This document shows positions 19,114-32,605 of a stretch of 64,000 nucleotides of DNA, in pieces; the stretch's first letter is position 1, and every line of letters starts with the position of its first letter. A model generated the notes under the pieces. It was given only the letters and a program-made list of their open reading frames with translations. It did not search any database and was not told the origin of the DNA. The position numbers and the translations under genes were made by a program. Source of the stretch: Azolla caroliniana (lineage: Eukaryota; Plantae; Polypodiophyta); contig JBHGNT010000007.1 in NCBI GenBank assembly GCA_043228905.1, positions 1,984,001 through 2,048,000 of the forward strand. The letters run 5' to 3'.

Positions 19114-21894
19114 TGTCACGGAAATCCGCGAGTACGTGTAGGATCCTAGGCAGGACCACGGGGGTCTTGGACTAGGGAGGAGAGGAGAAATGGGAGCTTC
19201 GCTCAAGAGGAGAGGAGAAAGAATAAGACATTAACATTGAACAAGAAATAGATGGAGGCGAGATACACAAACAAATTATATTAAGAATCCACAAACGATT
19301 ACAACCATGGCCGCATAGGCCAAACCAAACGACTACAAGAAACCCTAACCGAATAGGTAAAGAAGAAGAAGAAGAAGAATGAAACCCTAAAAACGAGATC
19401 CTAAAACTCCAAACCCTAAAACGAAATAGGGATCATTAAAACCCTAATGGTCTACCTTGAAACAACAAAATGGCGACTCCCCAAAGAAAACCCCAAAAGT
19501 GGAAGCCCCTCCTCACTCAAAATAGGCAACCCCTTTACAAGAGACCCCTCACTCCCTTTTATAGTAGTAAAGGGTGAGGCACATTACAAAAGAAGAGGTC
19601 AAATCCCCTTCTTTCAATGGGGAATATTTTTCCTTGATTTTAAATCGGTGGGCCTTTAACTCTCTCTCCTCTCACATTCACACTCAATGCCCACTACTCC
19701 TACACCCATTCTTCATGTACTTTCTTCTAGTCTACAAAGTGCACATCACCTTTATGCCTCTACGAACCTCATGGTGCACCTTTAGCACCGTAGATTATTA
19801 CCCTTCCCCTTACATTTTGTTATCTTATTCTTATTATACAAATTTACAAGTGCATGTGCAATGTTGCACATTCCCATTTTATTTGTCCTACCCGAGTTTC
19901 TCACCATAGTCGGAAATCTTCACGACATCCGCCCCCACCAAACCGCACATCCACCGGTATGTGCCAAGAGGGAAAAGGTGAGAGATTTCAGCGACGGTGA
20001 TCAACCGGGTCCTCCGCCATCCCAGCACCCGATCACCTTGCCGGCTCCTACCGACCCCGATCCGGCGACTTCCGGACCGATCCGTCCTCCTTCCGGGAGC
20101 TCACCTTCGTGTCTATCCTAGTTGACTTTGCTCGACTTCGTCTTCCATTTCGAGCATGCCCGTCCTTCCCATACCAACTATCGTAGCCTCCCGATCCACC
20201 GTATCCGTGGCACGTCCGCGAGTCATCGGCTCCATCCGATCCGCCATATCTGAAGCTCGCACCTTCTTCCCCGATCGGTCCTCCCGAACACTGTTGCTGC
20301 TCCCGACCCCTCCTTCATTCCCTTGGTATATGCCTGTTTCGGGCCTCGCATCTTCCTCTTTGTGTGTGCCCACTCTGAGCCACGCCTTCTTACGACCACC
20401 GCCCATCTCTCCGATCTTATGTCCGCACTCGGACGCAACCGTCGTAGTCTCCGGCACCGGTGTCGAGGGATCTCTCCTCGTCCGCTACAATCTTCCTCCT
20501 CCTCGTCTCAGTCACCTGCCTCGCCGCTACCGCCTTCCATCTCTCAGGTCTTACGTGGGCCGTCGTGGCCGACCGCCTGAGTCTCAAGAATCAGTGTGGG
20601 CAAGGTCCCAGCACCATCGCTCGTCATGTTCGTAGCCACCTCCACCCAGACGTCGTTGATCGTGGCTACCTCGTCTCCGATTGCACAAGCCTCGATTACG
20701 CTTGCTTCCTCCCCATTCTATGTTGCGGGCAACCATGCCCCGAAACTTCCGCCCACTCTCGAAGTGGCGCTCCCCGTTTCGTAGTCTCCAGCCTCATCCA
20801 TGGTCATCCCCTTTCCACAAGACGAGAGGGTCGCTTGCTCCGCACCCTCTCCCACGTCATCATCGTTGCACAGCACGCTCTTTCGGCCTCCGCATAGGCC
20901 CCGTTGTCCACGCATAGGGAGGCTTCTTCGTCCGCATCCTCCGATCCTCTCGGGCCCGACTCCATAATAAACCCTTCTTCAGCTTCGATCTTTGAATTCA
21001 CGATCTCGTACACCTCTTGTATCAATGCTTCTAGGTCGAAGTGTTGGGAGACAGGTCCCTCCGGATGGGAAAGAGAGAAGAACAGTGTCGATGAACAATC
21101 TCGGCCGAGGCCAAAACCGGATGAGGAGTACCTGGCTACGGAGAGCCGGATGGTGCAGACCCGGTGAGAACCGGATGAAGAGACATATTCGTAGATATGT
21201 TTCTCAGAGTCCATCAAGGATATATTTGTAAATAGCCGAAAAGTCATATTAGTATAAATATGACTTAGGGCAAACTTATAGTAAGGGTTGTTGTTATTAT
21301 TTCTTGTCTGCATGAGATCAGAGTGTGCAACAGTGTACAAAGAGAGAGAGAGAGAGGAAGAGGTCGTAGCCTCTGTTGTAACCGCCGCCTATGGCGAAGA
21401 TCGTGAGCACGAGGTTGTTGCCTCCGTGAACTCACTATTTTGTACATTCCAATATAGTGATAGTTTGCAGCCTGTGGGCTGCCGTGGTTTTTCCCTTAGT
21501 TTGGGTTTTCCACGTAAACCTCCTGTGTATCTTCCTCTTCTTTGTGTCGTGTTTTTTTTTATTTCCCGTTTTCTGTGTATCATTCTAAGCTCGGTTGTGG
21601 CCGAGCGTTGCGCATAAGGAGCGTTGAGTTCCCGACACGAAGTCCTCCGAACCATTACGCGTTGAGCTCTCTTCTGGTGATAGTGCGTAGTCACTCACCA
21701 CCCTCTCTTCTCCGCCACTCGCGGGCCATGTTGTGGCCAACCGCTTCTCATCGTGTTGTCGGCATACCCACTCCACTTCAGACCAATCATCGGTGAGGCC
21801 GTGTGCTCCATGATCATCTTCAGGCTCGAATAAAATCTCCACCCTTTCCTCCCGATGGACCGTCTTTAAAAATAGGAGGACTTTGTCCAGCCCC
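19114..21894 (-). mobile_element. Element E: diverged, 5'-truncated relative of non-autonomous element A
   Basis: 3' LTR at 19114-19927, same PPT region as A. Internal peptides match A (HGLTDDWSEVEWVCRQH; DLEALIQEV; WRIGWSR; CSKWKTK). Confidence 0.85.
21042..21637 (+). mobile_element. Solo LTR (596 bp) inserted in element E
   Basis: TGTTGGGA...TCCCGACA ends, perfect 5-bp TSD CGAAG, TATAAATA near 21253. The E ORF rejoins as EDF|DLEALIQ. Confidence 0.9.
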
Positions 21895-22420
21895 TTTCTT
21901 TTTCAACTTGGCCCTTGAGCTTTTGGAAGTGGGAGAACACTTCACTCTTCTTCTTCATTGGGAAGATCCACGCAAATCACGGGTAGTCGTCGATGAAGGT
22001 GACGTAGAATCAGCATCTGCCGATCTTCGGCGTTTGAGCCGGTCCCCATACATTCGAGTGTATGATGGCGAGGAGGCCTTTGCTTGCGTGGCTCTCTTTC
22101 AGGAATGGGAGTCCATATTGTTTGCCGAGTTGACACGTTTCGCATACTCAGTTGACTCGTTTCGACTCGAATGTTGGAAGTCCGATGACAACTCCCTTTG
22201 ATTGCATAGCTCAGAGCCGTTGGAGGTTTATGTGGTTGATTCTCTTGTGCCACAACTCGATGCTTGTCTCGGTTTTGAGACCTTTAGCGTACATTTCCGA
22301 TTTCTCCTTGTTCGAATCAAGGATGAACATTTGACCATCTCTCCGCCCCTTGGCTATGAGTCGGCCATCTTTCTCGATGAAGCATCCTTCGTTGTTGAAG
22401 CGGACTTGCATGCCTTGCTC
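21895..22420 (-). pseudogene. Copia GAG-pre-integrase/integrase fragment of family G
   Basis: LWHKRINH...CETCQLGKQ...HSNVWGP; closely similar to 46330-46855. Confidence 0.85.
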
Positions 22421-25400
22421 ATCTCAGCTCCTTCGCTGCTATGACTCCGGTGCTTGCCGATCCGTTGGTTCCTCCGCGATGGCATCGACTTCTGCTACGT
22501 CCGTGTCTCCTTGGCCTCTCGTTGATCCGACTCATCTGGATCTGTCTGTTGATCCGAATCGGCTGTCTCCGACTCGTTCCAGCTCTTGTCCGAATCGGTA
22601 TCCTCCGATTCGATTTTCGACTTCATGCCTCTCACCACATCGGACCACGTCCGGGTCTTGGCCTTCTCCGTGCTTCCCTTGGCTTCTTCAGCCGGTTCAC
22701 CGAAGTCGATTTCTTCATTCGACTCTGCATCATGGCCATTACAATCGTGATGACCTCCGCATAGCATGCTCTTCTCTTCCTGAGTGTACACTTCTTCTTC
22801 ACAGCCGCTCACTCCGACCTGTTCGGATGTGCCGACTTCCTTCGTCGACTCGGCTTCATTTTTCTTCTTGTCTCCACCTCTACCGGTTGTTCTCTTACCT
22901 ACGGGTTCAACAATTTTTTTGCCTTTGCCCGTTTCGGTAGTGTCTTTGCCCTTGCGTCTCCCCCTCAAGTGCAGCACGTCGAGATGTTGAACACCAAGCA
23001 TTTTGGTAAAGTGTTGATACTTGTCCGACCCGAGCGACTTGGTGAAGATGTTGGCAACTTGCCGATCCGTGTGAACATACCGTAGTTCAACTTCACCGCT
23101 CAAGACCCGCTCACGCACGAAGTGATAATGCACTTCTATGTGCTTTGTGCGAGCATGGAACACAGGGTTCTTGGTGAGGTGCATGTTGTTGAGGTTATCG
23201 CAGTAGATCAGGATCGGGGTCAGTACCTCGATCCGCAGGTCTTGCAGTAGTCGCCGAAGCCAAATGGCTTCGCAGCTGGCAACGGTCGCGCCTCGGTATT
23301 CAACCTCAGTGCTAGATAGAGCCACTTTTTGCTGCTCCATGCAACAGCTGCGCTCCCAAGAGAAAACATAAAGCCGAAAGTTGAGCGATGATCCATTGCA
23401 TCGCCAGCCCAGTCGGCATCCGTGTAGCCGACAAGCTCTTCGGTTATACCTCGCCGGTATAAGAGCGCCCGGTCCTTAGTGCCTCTTACATACCTCAGTA
23501 TTCGTTGCGCGCACTGAAGGTGCTCCACGGTCGGCTTCTGCATGAATTGGCTTACCACTTCGACCGGATAGATAATGTCGGGTCGGGTGATGGTCAAGTA
23601 GATCAGGCTTCCGACTATTTGTCAGAACCGTTTCTCATCACAGGCTGGTCCGGAGTTGGGACGGATCTTCTGATTCCGGTCCAAGGGTGTGGAGACAGGT
23701 CGGCATTCTGTCATGCCGAACTTGTACAGTATATTCAACGCATAATGGCGTTGAGAATGCAATATGCAGTCGGGGGTGCGGATCACCTCGATCCCCAAAA
23801 AATAATGAAAGTCCCCCAAGTCCTTCATATCGAATGCGTCCGACAACTAGGACTTGACGCGGTTGATTTCCGGAAGACATGGGCCGGTGATGACTAAATC
23901 ATCAACATAGAGTAAGATACATACCGGACTGTTTGAGCCTTGACGGATGAACAGGGAAGAGTCCGACTTAGAGGCAACAAACCCCATCTTTCACAACCGG
24001 TGCGTGATCTTAGCATTCCAAGCACGAGGGGCTTGCTTCAAGCCGTACAACGACTTCCTCAGCCGGCATACCGCCGACTTGTTCATCTCCGACTGAAATC
24101 TGGGGGGCTGAGTCATAAAGACTTCTTCTTCAAGATCTCCTTGAAGGAAGGCATTCTTCACATCCATCTGATGAAGATGCCACCCCCTTGCTACAACAAC
24201 CACCAATACCACACGAACCGTTGTCATCTTCGCTACAGGAGCGAAGGTCTCGTCGTAGTCGATTCCGTGGGTCTGCGCATATCCCTTCGCCACTAACCGG
24301 ACCTTGTACCGATTAATTGTACCGTCGGCATTGTACTTTATCTTGTACATCCACTTGCATCCAATCAGTTTACAGTGACGGGGAGGGTCAACCAGGTCCC
24401 AAGTTTCGTTGGCATCCAGTGCCCGCATTTTTTCCTCCATAGCGGCACGCCAATTTGCGTCCTTTGCCGCTTCTGTGTAGCTCTCTGGCTCACGCACTTC
24501 TGCGACCTTGGTCATGTACGCATAATGATGTGCCATGTACTCATTATACCCATACCTTTTAACAGGATCCTTCTGGCGGGTGGACCGGCGTAACTCACCG
24601 TTACCCGGTATGAGACCCTTCTTGGCTGGTTCAGTCTTCGTTCCCGAAGATCTGCCTATGTCTTTGCCGAAGTCAGATACGCACCGATCCGACTCATCAT
24701 TGCCGGTCTCGAATTCCGGCATCTTCTGCTTCCCTTTCTCTTTGCGTGTGAACCGTCTCCTCGGTTCCTTGCGCGGGGAGAGCACGACAGAGTCTCCACT
24801 ACTCGCCGTCTCATCATCCGACTGGTTGGACTAATCCAGTCTCTCATTCGGTCCGCTTAACCGGAACGATTCCGGACTCTCATCTTGAGTCCCGGCTTCA
24901 TCTTTCTCTACCTGGGTCGGTTCGGACTCACTAGCCCCATCCTCCGACATCGGGTCAGGATCGGAAGTCGGAGTCGGTAAGGAATACCACGATGTCGATT
25001 CATCAAACTCGACATCTCGGCTGACTCTAGGGGTTATAACACTTATACCCCTTTTGCTCTTGAGCATAGCCGACTAGGATGCATTTTTTCGATTTTGCAT
25101 CCAGCTTTCTCCGCTTCTCATCCGGCACATGTACATAGGCTATGCTGCCGAATATCCGGAGGTGTCTCAAATTCGGCTTGCACCCGAAATACAGCTCGTG
25201 AGCTGACACCTTGTCCCCGATCCGGTTCTGGATGTAAACGGCCGTTTGGACCGCCTCCTCCCAGTAGAACTTGGACATGCTCTTTTCCTCTAGCATTGCC
25301 CTAGCCGCATCAATCAGCGAGCGATTCTTCCTTTCGGCCACACCATTCTGTTGCGGTGTATATCTGCAGCTGAATTCTCGCCGAATTCCTTTTTGTTGCA

Positions 25401-26213
25401 GATAGTTGTTGAATTGGCCGGAAAAGTACTCTTTTCCACCATCCGACCGTAGGCATTTGATCTTCCTATCTGATTCCCATTCCACCATCTTCTGGAGGCT
25501 CCGGAAACACTCGAAGACTTCGCTCTTCCGCTCAATGAGGTAGATCCACGTATGCTGCGTGTAGTCGTCGATGAAGGAGACGAAATATCGACTCCCGCCA
25601 ATGCTAACATTTTGTATCGGTCCCCACACATCCGAATGGATAAGATCGAGCTTGTTACGGCTTCGATTTCTTTCGGTGGGGAATGGAAGCCAGTGTTGCT
25701 TCCCGAGTTGGCAGGCTTCACAGATCTGGGCTCTCCAGCCGCTAAACTTCGGCAAACCGAAAACGACTTGTTCCGTTTGCAGGACTTGAAGCCTCCGGTA
25801 GTTGACGTGGCCGATCCGCTTGTGCCACAGGTAGATATCTGACTCGACCTTCTGTCCTTTGGCGAACAGTGCGGTGCCGACGTCATTGGTGTTGAGGATA
25901 AACATCCTCCCATCTTTGCGCCCTTGCGCAATAACTTCACCCTCATCCTCAATGAAGCACCCGAGGTGCGTAAACTGCACTTGCATCCCCTAGTCGACGA
26001 TCTGTCCGACCAACACCAAGTTCTTCGTGATCATCGGAACATGTAATACATTCATCAACTTCCCCCTCTGTCCGACGTTGCTCAAAGGGACTTCTTCGAC
26101 ATGCACAATCGGGTGGGGAGTGTCTTCTCCGGTTTCGACAACTCCCGGTTGATCCGGTGTCGCGTTGTTACGCGTGTGCGTGTCGAAGGGCGGGACCACG
26201 GGGGTCTTGGACC

Positions 26214-26256
<43 letters not shown>

Positions 26257-26902
26257 TTCACAGACACGCAGAAGCGAGAAAGAGAGATATAGAATGGAAC
26301 ACTCGATTACAATATCAAGACATTACAATAACAAGAGATTACAATAACTAGAGATTACAATAACTCCGACGGTTACAACCGGCAAGGCGACGACGGACCC
26401 AACATGGGGAGGTAGAGAAACGCAGAAGGAAAAACCTTTGTTGGTAGCGCACGGGCTACCCACGAAGCAGAGGCGTCGAACTCCCCCGTACCCACAGAGA
26501 ATGACGGTCGGAGCAGGAGAGAGAGTTCGGCTCTCGGTCCGGCAGCACTTCGTCCTCCTTAACGCGCGATACCTATTCCTTCCTTCTCTCCCTCCTTAAA
26601 TAGTTCCCCAAAAGGGGGTGCCCCCTTTTCCTTAGCCAACCTGCTTTATTCCATGTCCTTGTCGACAGAGATACACACAAAATCCCATAATAAATGTGCA
26701 CTACCTAGTATTTACACCAGTCGCCCTAATTACGAATTATGTACAATATATCAATCCTCACGTCCACCCGTGTAAGAGCCGGTTCATGCGCCTTTTTCTT
26801 CGATTCCGCCTATGGCCGGTTTTCTTCACGACATCCACCCCCACCAAACCGCGCATCCACCGGCATGCGCCAAAGACAGGTAGACACCAAAGAAAACTAG
26901 CT

Positions 26903-29900
26903 TCACTCGTCGGTCTTCGATTCTCCGCCGGACCTGAACTGATGATCGTCGTTACTCTCGCTCGCTGGCTCCGGCTCGTCTTCAAACCGCTTCTTGAACT
27001 CTTTGATCCGCTTCCCGGCCACCGGCACCGCTAACCGTGTACCGTCGAGTTCCGCGAGGTGGTACGTGCCATTGTCGTTCGTGCTCGTCACCATGTGGGG
27101 CCCGAACCATCTCCTAGCGAACTTTCGCACCGCCTTGTGCTGATTGTCGAGGTTATTGTCGTATACCAAGACCCAGTCGCATTCCTCGATCTTCTTTGGT
27201 CGCAACCGGTGCGTCCGGTTGAACCGGGTCTTGTTCCGCTCCCATGCCGCTCGCAGCTTTTCCTTCGCCTATATCACGTCCTCCGGCCTCCACTCGAGTT
27301 GCCGAATCCGCGCCGCCAGCAACTCCTCCTGGCTCATTTCGTCTTTCCAATCTACCGCCACCCATGAAGAAACCATCCGTTCCACCAGCATTATTGGCTT
27401 ATGTCCGTACATCAGCTCTGCCGGCATAAACCCTGTCACCGAACTGTGCGTAGTTCGGTCCGCCCATAGTGCGTAAGGAAGGAGTCGCGGCCAATTCCCG
27501 ACCTGCCCCCCGCATACACGCACCAACGCCTTTATGATTGGCCCGTGCCCACGTTCCACCTTTCCTTTCGCCTCCGGATTGTACGTCGTAGTGAGGGAGA
27601 GTTTAACGCCTAGCCGGTCGAACAGCTCCTCAGTCTCCCGCGCATTCAGCTCTCCCCAGTCCGCCACGATCCTTCCAACGCACCTGTACCGACACACTAC
27701 TTCTTCGATCAGAAACCGGCATACCGCTGCGGTTGTCTTGCTCTGCAGTCCACCTAGTTCGTTAAGTCTTCCCGTGCAAGCACTAGGTATCGCATCTGTC
27801 CTACCCCCATCGGCATCGTCACCAAGTCCACCATCCACTTGAAATGGACCGTAGGCGGGTAGGTCGGGTGTAGCTCGTCCCGGTGTCGGACTATGGAGTG
27901 CATCTGATAACTTTCGCAAGTCGTTACAAACCGATGCACGTCCTGGTACAGCCCCGGCCACCAGTACTTCTCCTTCAGCTTCTTGAACATGGCCCACGTT
28001 CCGCGGTGTCCGGCCCAAGGGCTCTCGTGAAATGCCGCCAGTAGTTTCCCCTGTTCTTCTTTCTTTGCCACTACTCAGAGTGGGATGCCACTTCTCTTCT
28101 TTGGGTGCCTCCATATGCACCCGTCCCGCAGGAAGAATCGGTATGCCTTCTTCCGTACCCGGCTCGCTTCCTCTCTCGCCCATGCTGCGTCCAGCGTCAT
28201 CGTCCGTAGGAACCTCCCAATTTGGAGCCACTCCCCGTCGTACCTGCTTTCGTCAAATTCGTTAAGCGCCGAAGTGTTCCTTTTCCTCGTCGTTACGTTA
28301 GCCGACCCGAAGAAGTCCTCGCCGACTTCTTCGTCATCCGAAACCATGTCGTCTTCATCGTTGAACCTTGCCCTCGAAAGCATGTCGGCCATGGCGTTGT
28401 CCTTTCCGGAGATGTGTCGTATCTCCGGGTTCAAGGACTTAATGTACGCTATCCACCGGAGCATTGCTAGGTCCGGCGTCGCGCATCCGGAAACCATGCC
28501 GAGTATCGGCAGGCAGTCCGTCTCGATGATCACCTCCGTCCCGATCAGATAATCCTCATCGGCCTTGACTGCCGAAACGACACCCCAGAGCTCGCGCTTA
28601 ACTTGGGCGTATCCTCGCTGCCGCTCACTCAATACCTTCGCCCCGAACCGGATCGGGAATCGTACACCGTCCTTGTCCTCCTGACTGATTACCCACCCGA
28701 TCCCGGTCGGGCTGGTGTCCACCGTCACGCAGATGGGAACATCCTTGCCGTAAACCGCTTTACGGAGAGCCAGTGCTACCGTAAGCGCCTCCTTTAGTCT
28801 TCGTACCGACTCCGTGTGCTCCGTCCTCCACTCAAAGCTACGCCCCTTTTTCAATAGTCTGTAGAGGGGTTCCACGACATGTGCATAGTGCAGGATCCAG
28901 ATGTGGTAGAACGTGCATGCTCCCAAGAATCTGCGGACCTCCGTGACCGAATTGCAGTCATGCTTCATCGCGGAGAGGGCTTCCACCTTGGCCGGAGACG
29001 GTTTCCGACCGTATGGTCCGCATAGGTGCCCAACGACCATGATCTCTGATTGCCCGAAGGCCGACTTTTCCCCGGAGAAGGTGAGCCTCGTGCCTTCTAG
29101 TCTCTGCAGCACCTTCTCGCAATCATCGATGTGGGACGCCACAAAATTCCGACATCCGTCCGGCCCGATTGCCTCGTCCTTTTTCTCCACCGGGCATCCC
29201 CTGATCGGGATGTCGTCTAAGAATGGCATGGTGATGTCCGGGATACAATCCCTGAGCACTTTGTTCATCGCATTCACCATGTGAGCCACTGAGTTCGTCC
29301 CTCCTTGTGGCAGGGTACACATCCGCACTAGGCCGAGAGGAGTCTGCATCGTTGTAATGTCTCTACTCTCCACGGCTAGTTGGAACTGATCGTACCCCGA
29401 GTACAAATCACCGACAGAATAGATCGACCTTCCAGCGAAGGCCTCCGCGAACTCATCTATGATCGGTCTGATTCCTGCATTACGGATGGTCACCTTGTTG
29501 ACCGGTTGCAGGTCTTGAATGAAGCGCAGCGTGTCGTTCTTCTTCGGCACCGTAAACCACTGATTCGAATACGGGGCACTCGACGGTTCGAGGATGCCCA
29601 TCCCACCTTTTGCTTCAAGAGCTCCATCAACTTCGGGATGTGAGCTCTCGGCACCGGAATCGGCTTGAGATTCCACGGTACATGCGGTACCATGAAGATC
29701 ACCATCGGTTCGACAACTGTCGGGTCTACGCACCCGATCTCCTCCGGTGAGAATGCGAAAGCCTTCCCGTGCCTCTCGAGCATTCTCCGAAACCGGTCCT
29801 CCTCCACTGGCAGTAGAAAGCCGCCCCCACCGACCTTGAGCTCCCGTAGCGTTATGTCGGTGAACCAGTGCCCTATGCAAGCCGGATTCCGTAAACTTGG

Positions 29901-30348
29901 GTCCGACGCGACCCCTTTTATCCGCTCCTCGCTGCCCTCCGGTCCACAGTCTTGTACTTTGTATCCAAGCGGGCCGTCCGATCCGACCCGATCCTTTCCC
30001 CAAAGTCCGCAATGACTTCGTACATTCCCATTGACCCTATCGGAACGGTCCGGTCTTCTCTAAGGTCTTCACCGATCACCTTTCGCAGTTCGCCCAAGGT
30101 GTCGTCAAAAGAGACCACCTCCACGGCGCCGTTGATGTCTTCGTCGGGGAAGAGGACTCCGCATCCCCTGAGCCACTCCTCCGCTCGCTTCCTCTCCCGT
30201 CCGTTGACGCCGGTTATAGTACAACCTCCGTTGTTGGAGAACCAAAATTTCCTACCTATGGTACACGTCTTCTTCCGTACCGTACATTTGTGGGGTTCTT
30301 CCCGGGTGTCCGGACTATCGCGGCCCCACACCTTGATAGCCCTCTCTA
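26903..30348 (-). pseudogene. B2 pol (RT-RH-IN)
   Basis: LPQGGTNSVAH, PFLDD, HESPWAGH...CESY, GKVERGH, WFGP. Confidence 0.9.
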
Positions 30349-32458
30349 AAAATCCCCTTAGGTTTCGCCGCCGAGGGCCTCGCGGTTACGCTCGTGGTTT
30401 GGTCGCACCGTTAGGAACTGGACCGAGTGACGCCCGTCCTGGCTCTTGACTCTTGCATAGGTTGAACCGTTGTCCAGCACCTTGGTCTCCATCCGTGCCG
30501 CCGTGATATATGGCTCTCCTAGTATAACCGGATGTGAGGACGTCTCCTGCACGAAGAAGTGTTGGTCGATCTCGACATCGCCGATTTTCACCCGTATGTT
30601 CGGACAGGCACCATGTAGCTCTTTCGTGGCACGCGTCGCTGCCCGTATCTTCCAGCCGTGCTTGGTGTTGATCGGCCATTTACCCTTCTTGTAGAAATCC
30701 ATGGACATCAGGTTGATTTCGGATCCATGGTCTACCAACGCCACCACCGGTTCTAGAACGTTGTCGATCCGTACAAGGGTTTCCGTAGTTGCCCTGGCCC
30801 AATGCGGCTTCATGTAGTGGCTTCCCGCCAACTCGTCTTCTAGGGCTTCGTCTTCCAAGTGCGTGGTCCACACCTCCACCGGCTTCTCCGATTCCGGCTC
30901 CGTTGAGAGCCTCTTCCGCTTCACCAAGTCTACGATAGAGTCATGGAACTCCCTCTTGGCGATTCCCAGCACCTCCCGCAATGACACCTCCACTTTGCTG
31001 TCAAGGATACGTTCCTCCAGGACCTTTCGCAAGTCTGTGGTCCTTTCGATTTCAGTGCTCAACCGAAACCCCACCTGCTTCTTTCCGTCCGGCACGCTTG
31101 GGTTGCCGGCACTGGTCGGTTTCGGTCCGAACCGGGTCTCATACCTCTGCGGGGGACCGACCCCTCCGGCCTTTCCTGCCCGTTTGTCCTCCACCAGAAC
31201 CTCGTAGTTCTGGCAAGCAGCTTCTACGAAGCCCGTTTTCTCTTCGACCGGATCGTCCCAACCGGTGACCTCCTGGACCCGTTGTTCCGCGCGGTCCGCC
31301 TCTTCCTTCTTCAGCCGAACTCCGGAGAGGCCTTCTAGCACTAGCGGCCAGAATCCGAAGTCCTTCGCCTTCTGGGTCTCATCACCCCCGACCCGAATTC
31401 CCGCCGACACTGAGTAGTTAACGGCTTCAACGTGCCGTGCCGCGGCCTCTTCCATCAACCTCTTCATTCCGCCACGCCCCGTATTCAATTCTAGGGCTCT
31501 TCGGGTCTCCCTCGCGTGCACCCGCCCGTTCCAGAGGTACACCACGTTGGTCCTAAGTGCATCGGCGAAATCCGCGCAATCCTTCCGAATGTGACCGATC
31601 ACGTCACACCACATGCACCGCTGCCCAGCCAGCGGCCTCCGGTCGCGAGGTTGTTCGCCATTGTCTCTCCGGGCCTGTGTGATCTGCAGGTCACGGACCA
31701 TCTATGTCAGCTCCTCCGGATGGGCCTCTGACCACGTCATTCGATGCCGACCTCGACTCTAGCCAAATTCTGGTCTCTTCCTTCCTCCCGGCCGGCACCG
31801 ATACCGACTCCTCGGGCCTCCTCCCCGGGACCAGCCCTAACCCCGACGAGCTTCCGTCACTCCAATCGCGTCGTTTGTCGAAACGGCTGCAGACCCGTTT
31901 TACCACGGCCCAGTCTGTTGTGAGCCCTTCGTCCGTCTCCAATAGGGGACCCACCTTTTCCCTGTCGAGCGCGTCCACCGACTTGACAAACAGTAGTACT
32001 CAACTCGTTTCGAGCACGGTCCGGTCTAGCGTCGATAGCCGCGCGAACTATTTTTCAAACTCCTGGAGGAGCTCCGACGTGTTCCTCCCCTTTCCAGGGC
32101 TTTCCATGAAGTCCCGCCTCAACAGCTGAAGCGAGTCGTCAAACCCGTACTTCTCGAGGAGCTGCAACTCGAACTCCTCCCAAGTCTGACATCTAGCCAA
32201 CACCTCGAGCACTTCCGCGTGGATGCTCGACGTCACCACCCGAGGGAATCCGGACAACCGCCTATCCACCGGGATATCCCTCATGATCATTTCGGCCCGG
32301 TAAGCCTCCAAATAACTTGTGGCGTCTTTCCCCCCGAACCAGCCTATAGAGCCGACGATCGATTCAATGGCTCTGTCAAGGGTACCCGTCCCCTCACAAG
32401 CACTTACCAGTCGGTCGACGGCCACCGCCATTGCCTCTGCTAGCTCCGATCCCCTCAT
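30346..32458 (-). pseudogene. B2 gag-protease
   Basis: CMWCDVIGHIRKDC; ALVDHGSEINLMS; a few stops and frameshifts. Confidence 0.85.
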
Positions 32459-32565
32459 CTTTCGACTCCTTTGCCGCCCTTTCACATCGGGTTCACCAAA
32501 TATGTCGCGTTGTTATGCACGTGCGTGTCGAAGGGCGGGACCACGGGGGTCTTGGACCGAGGCGC

Positions 32566-32605
<40 letters not shown>

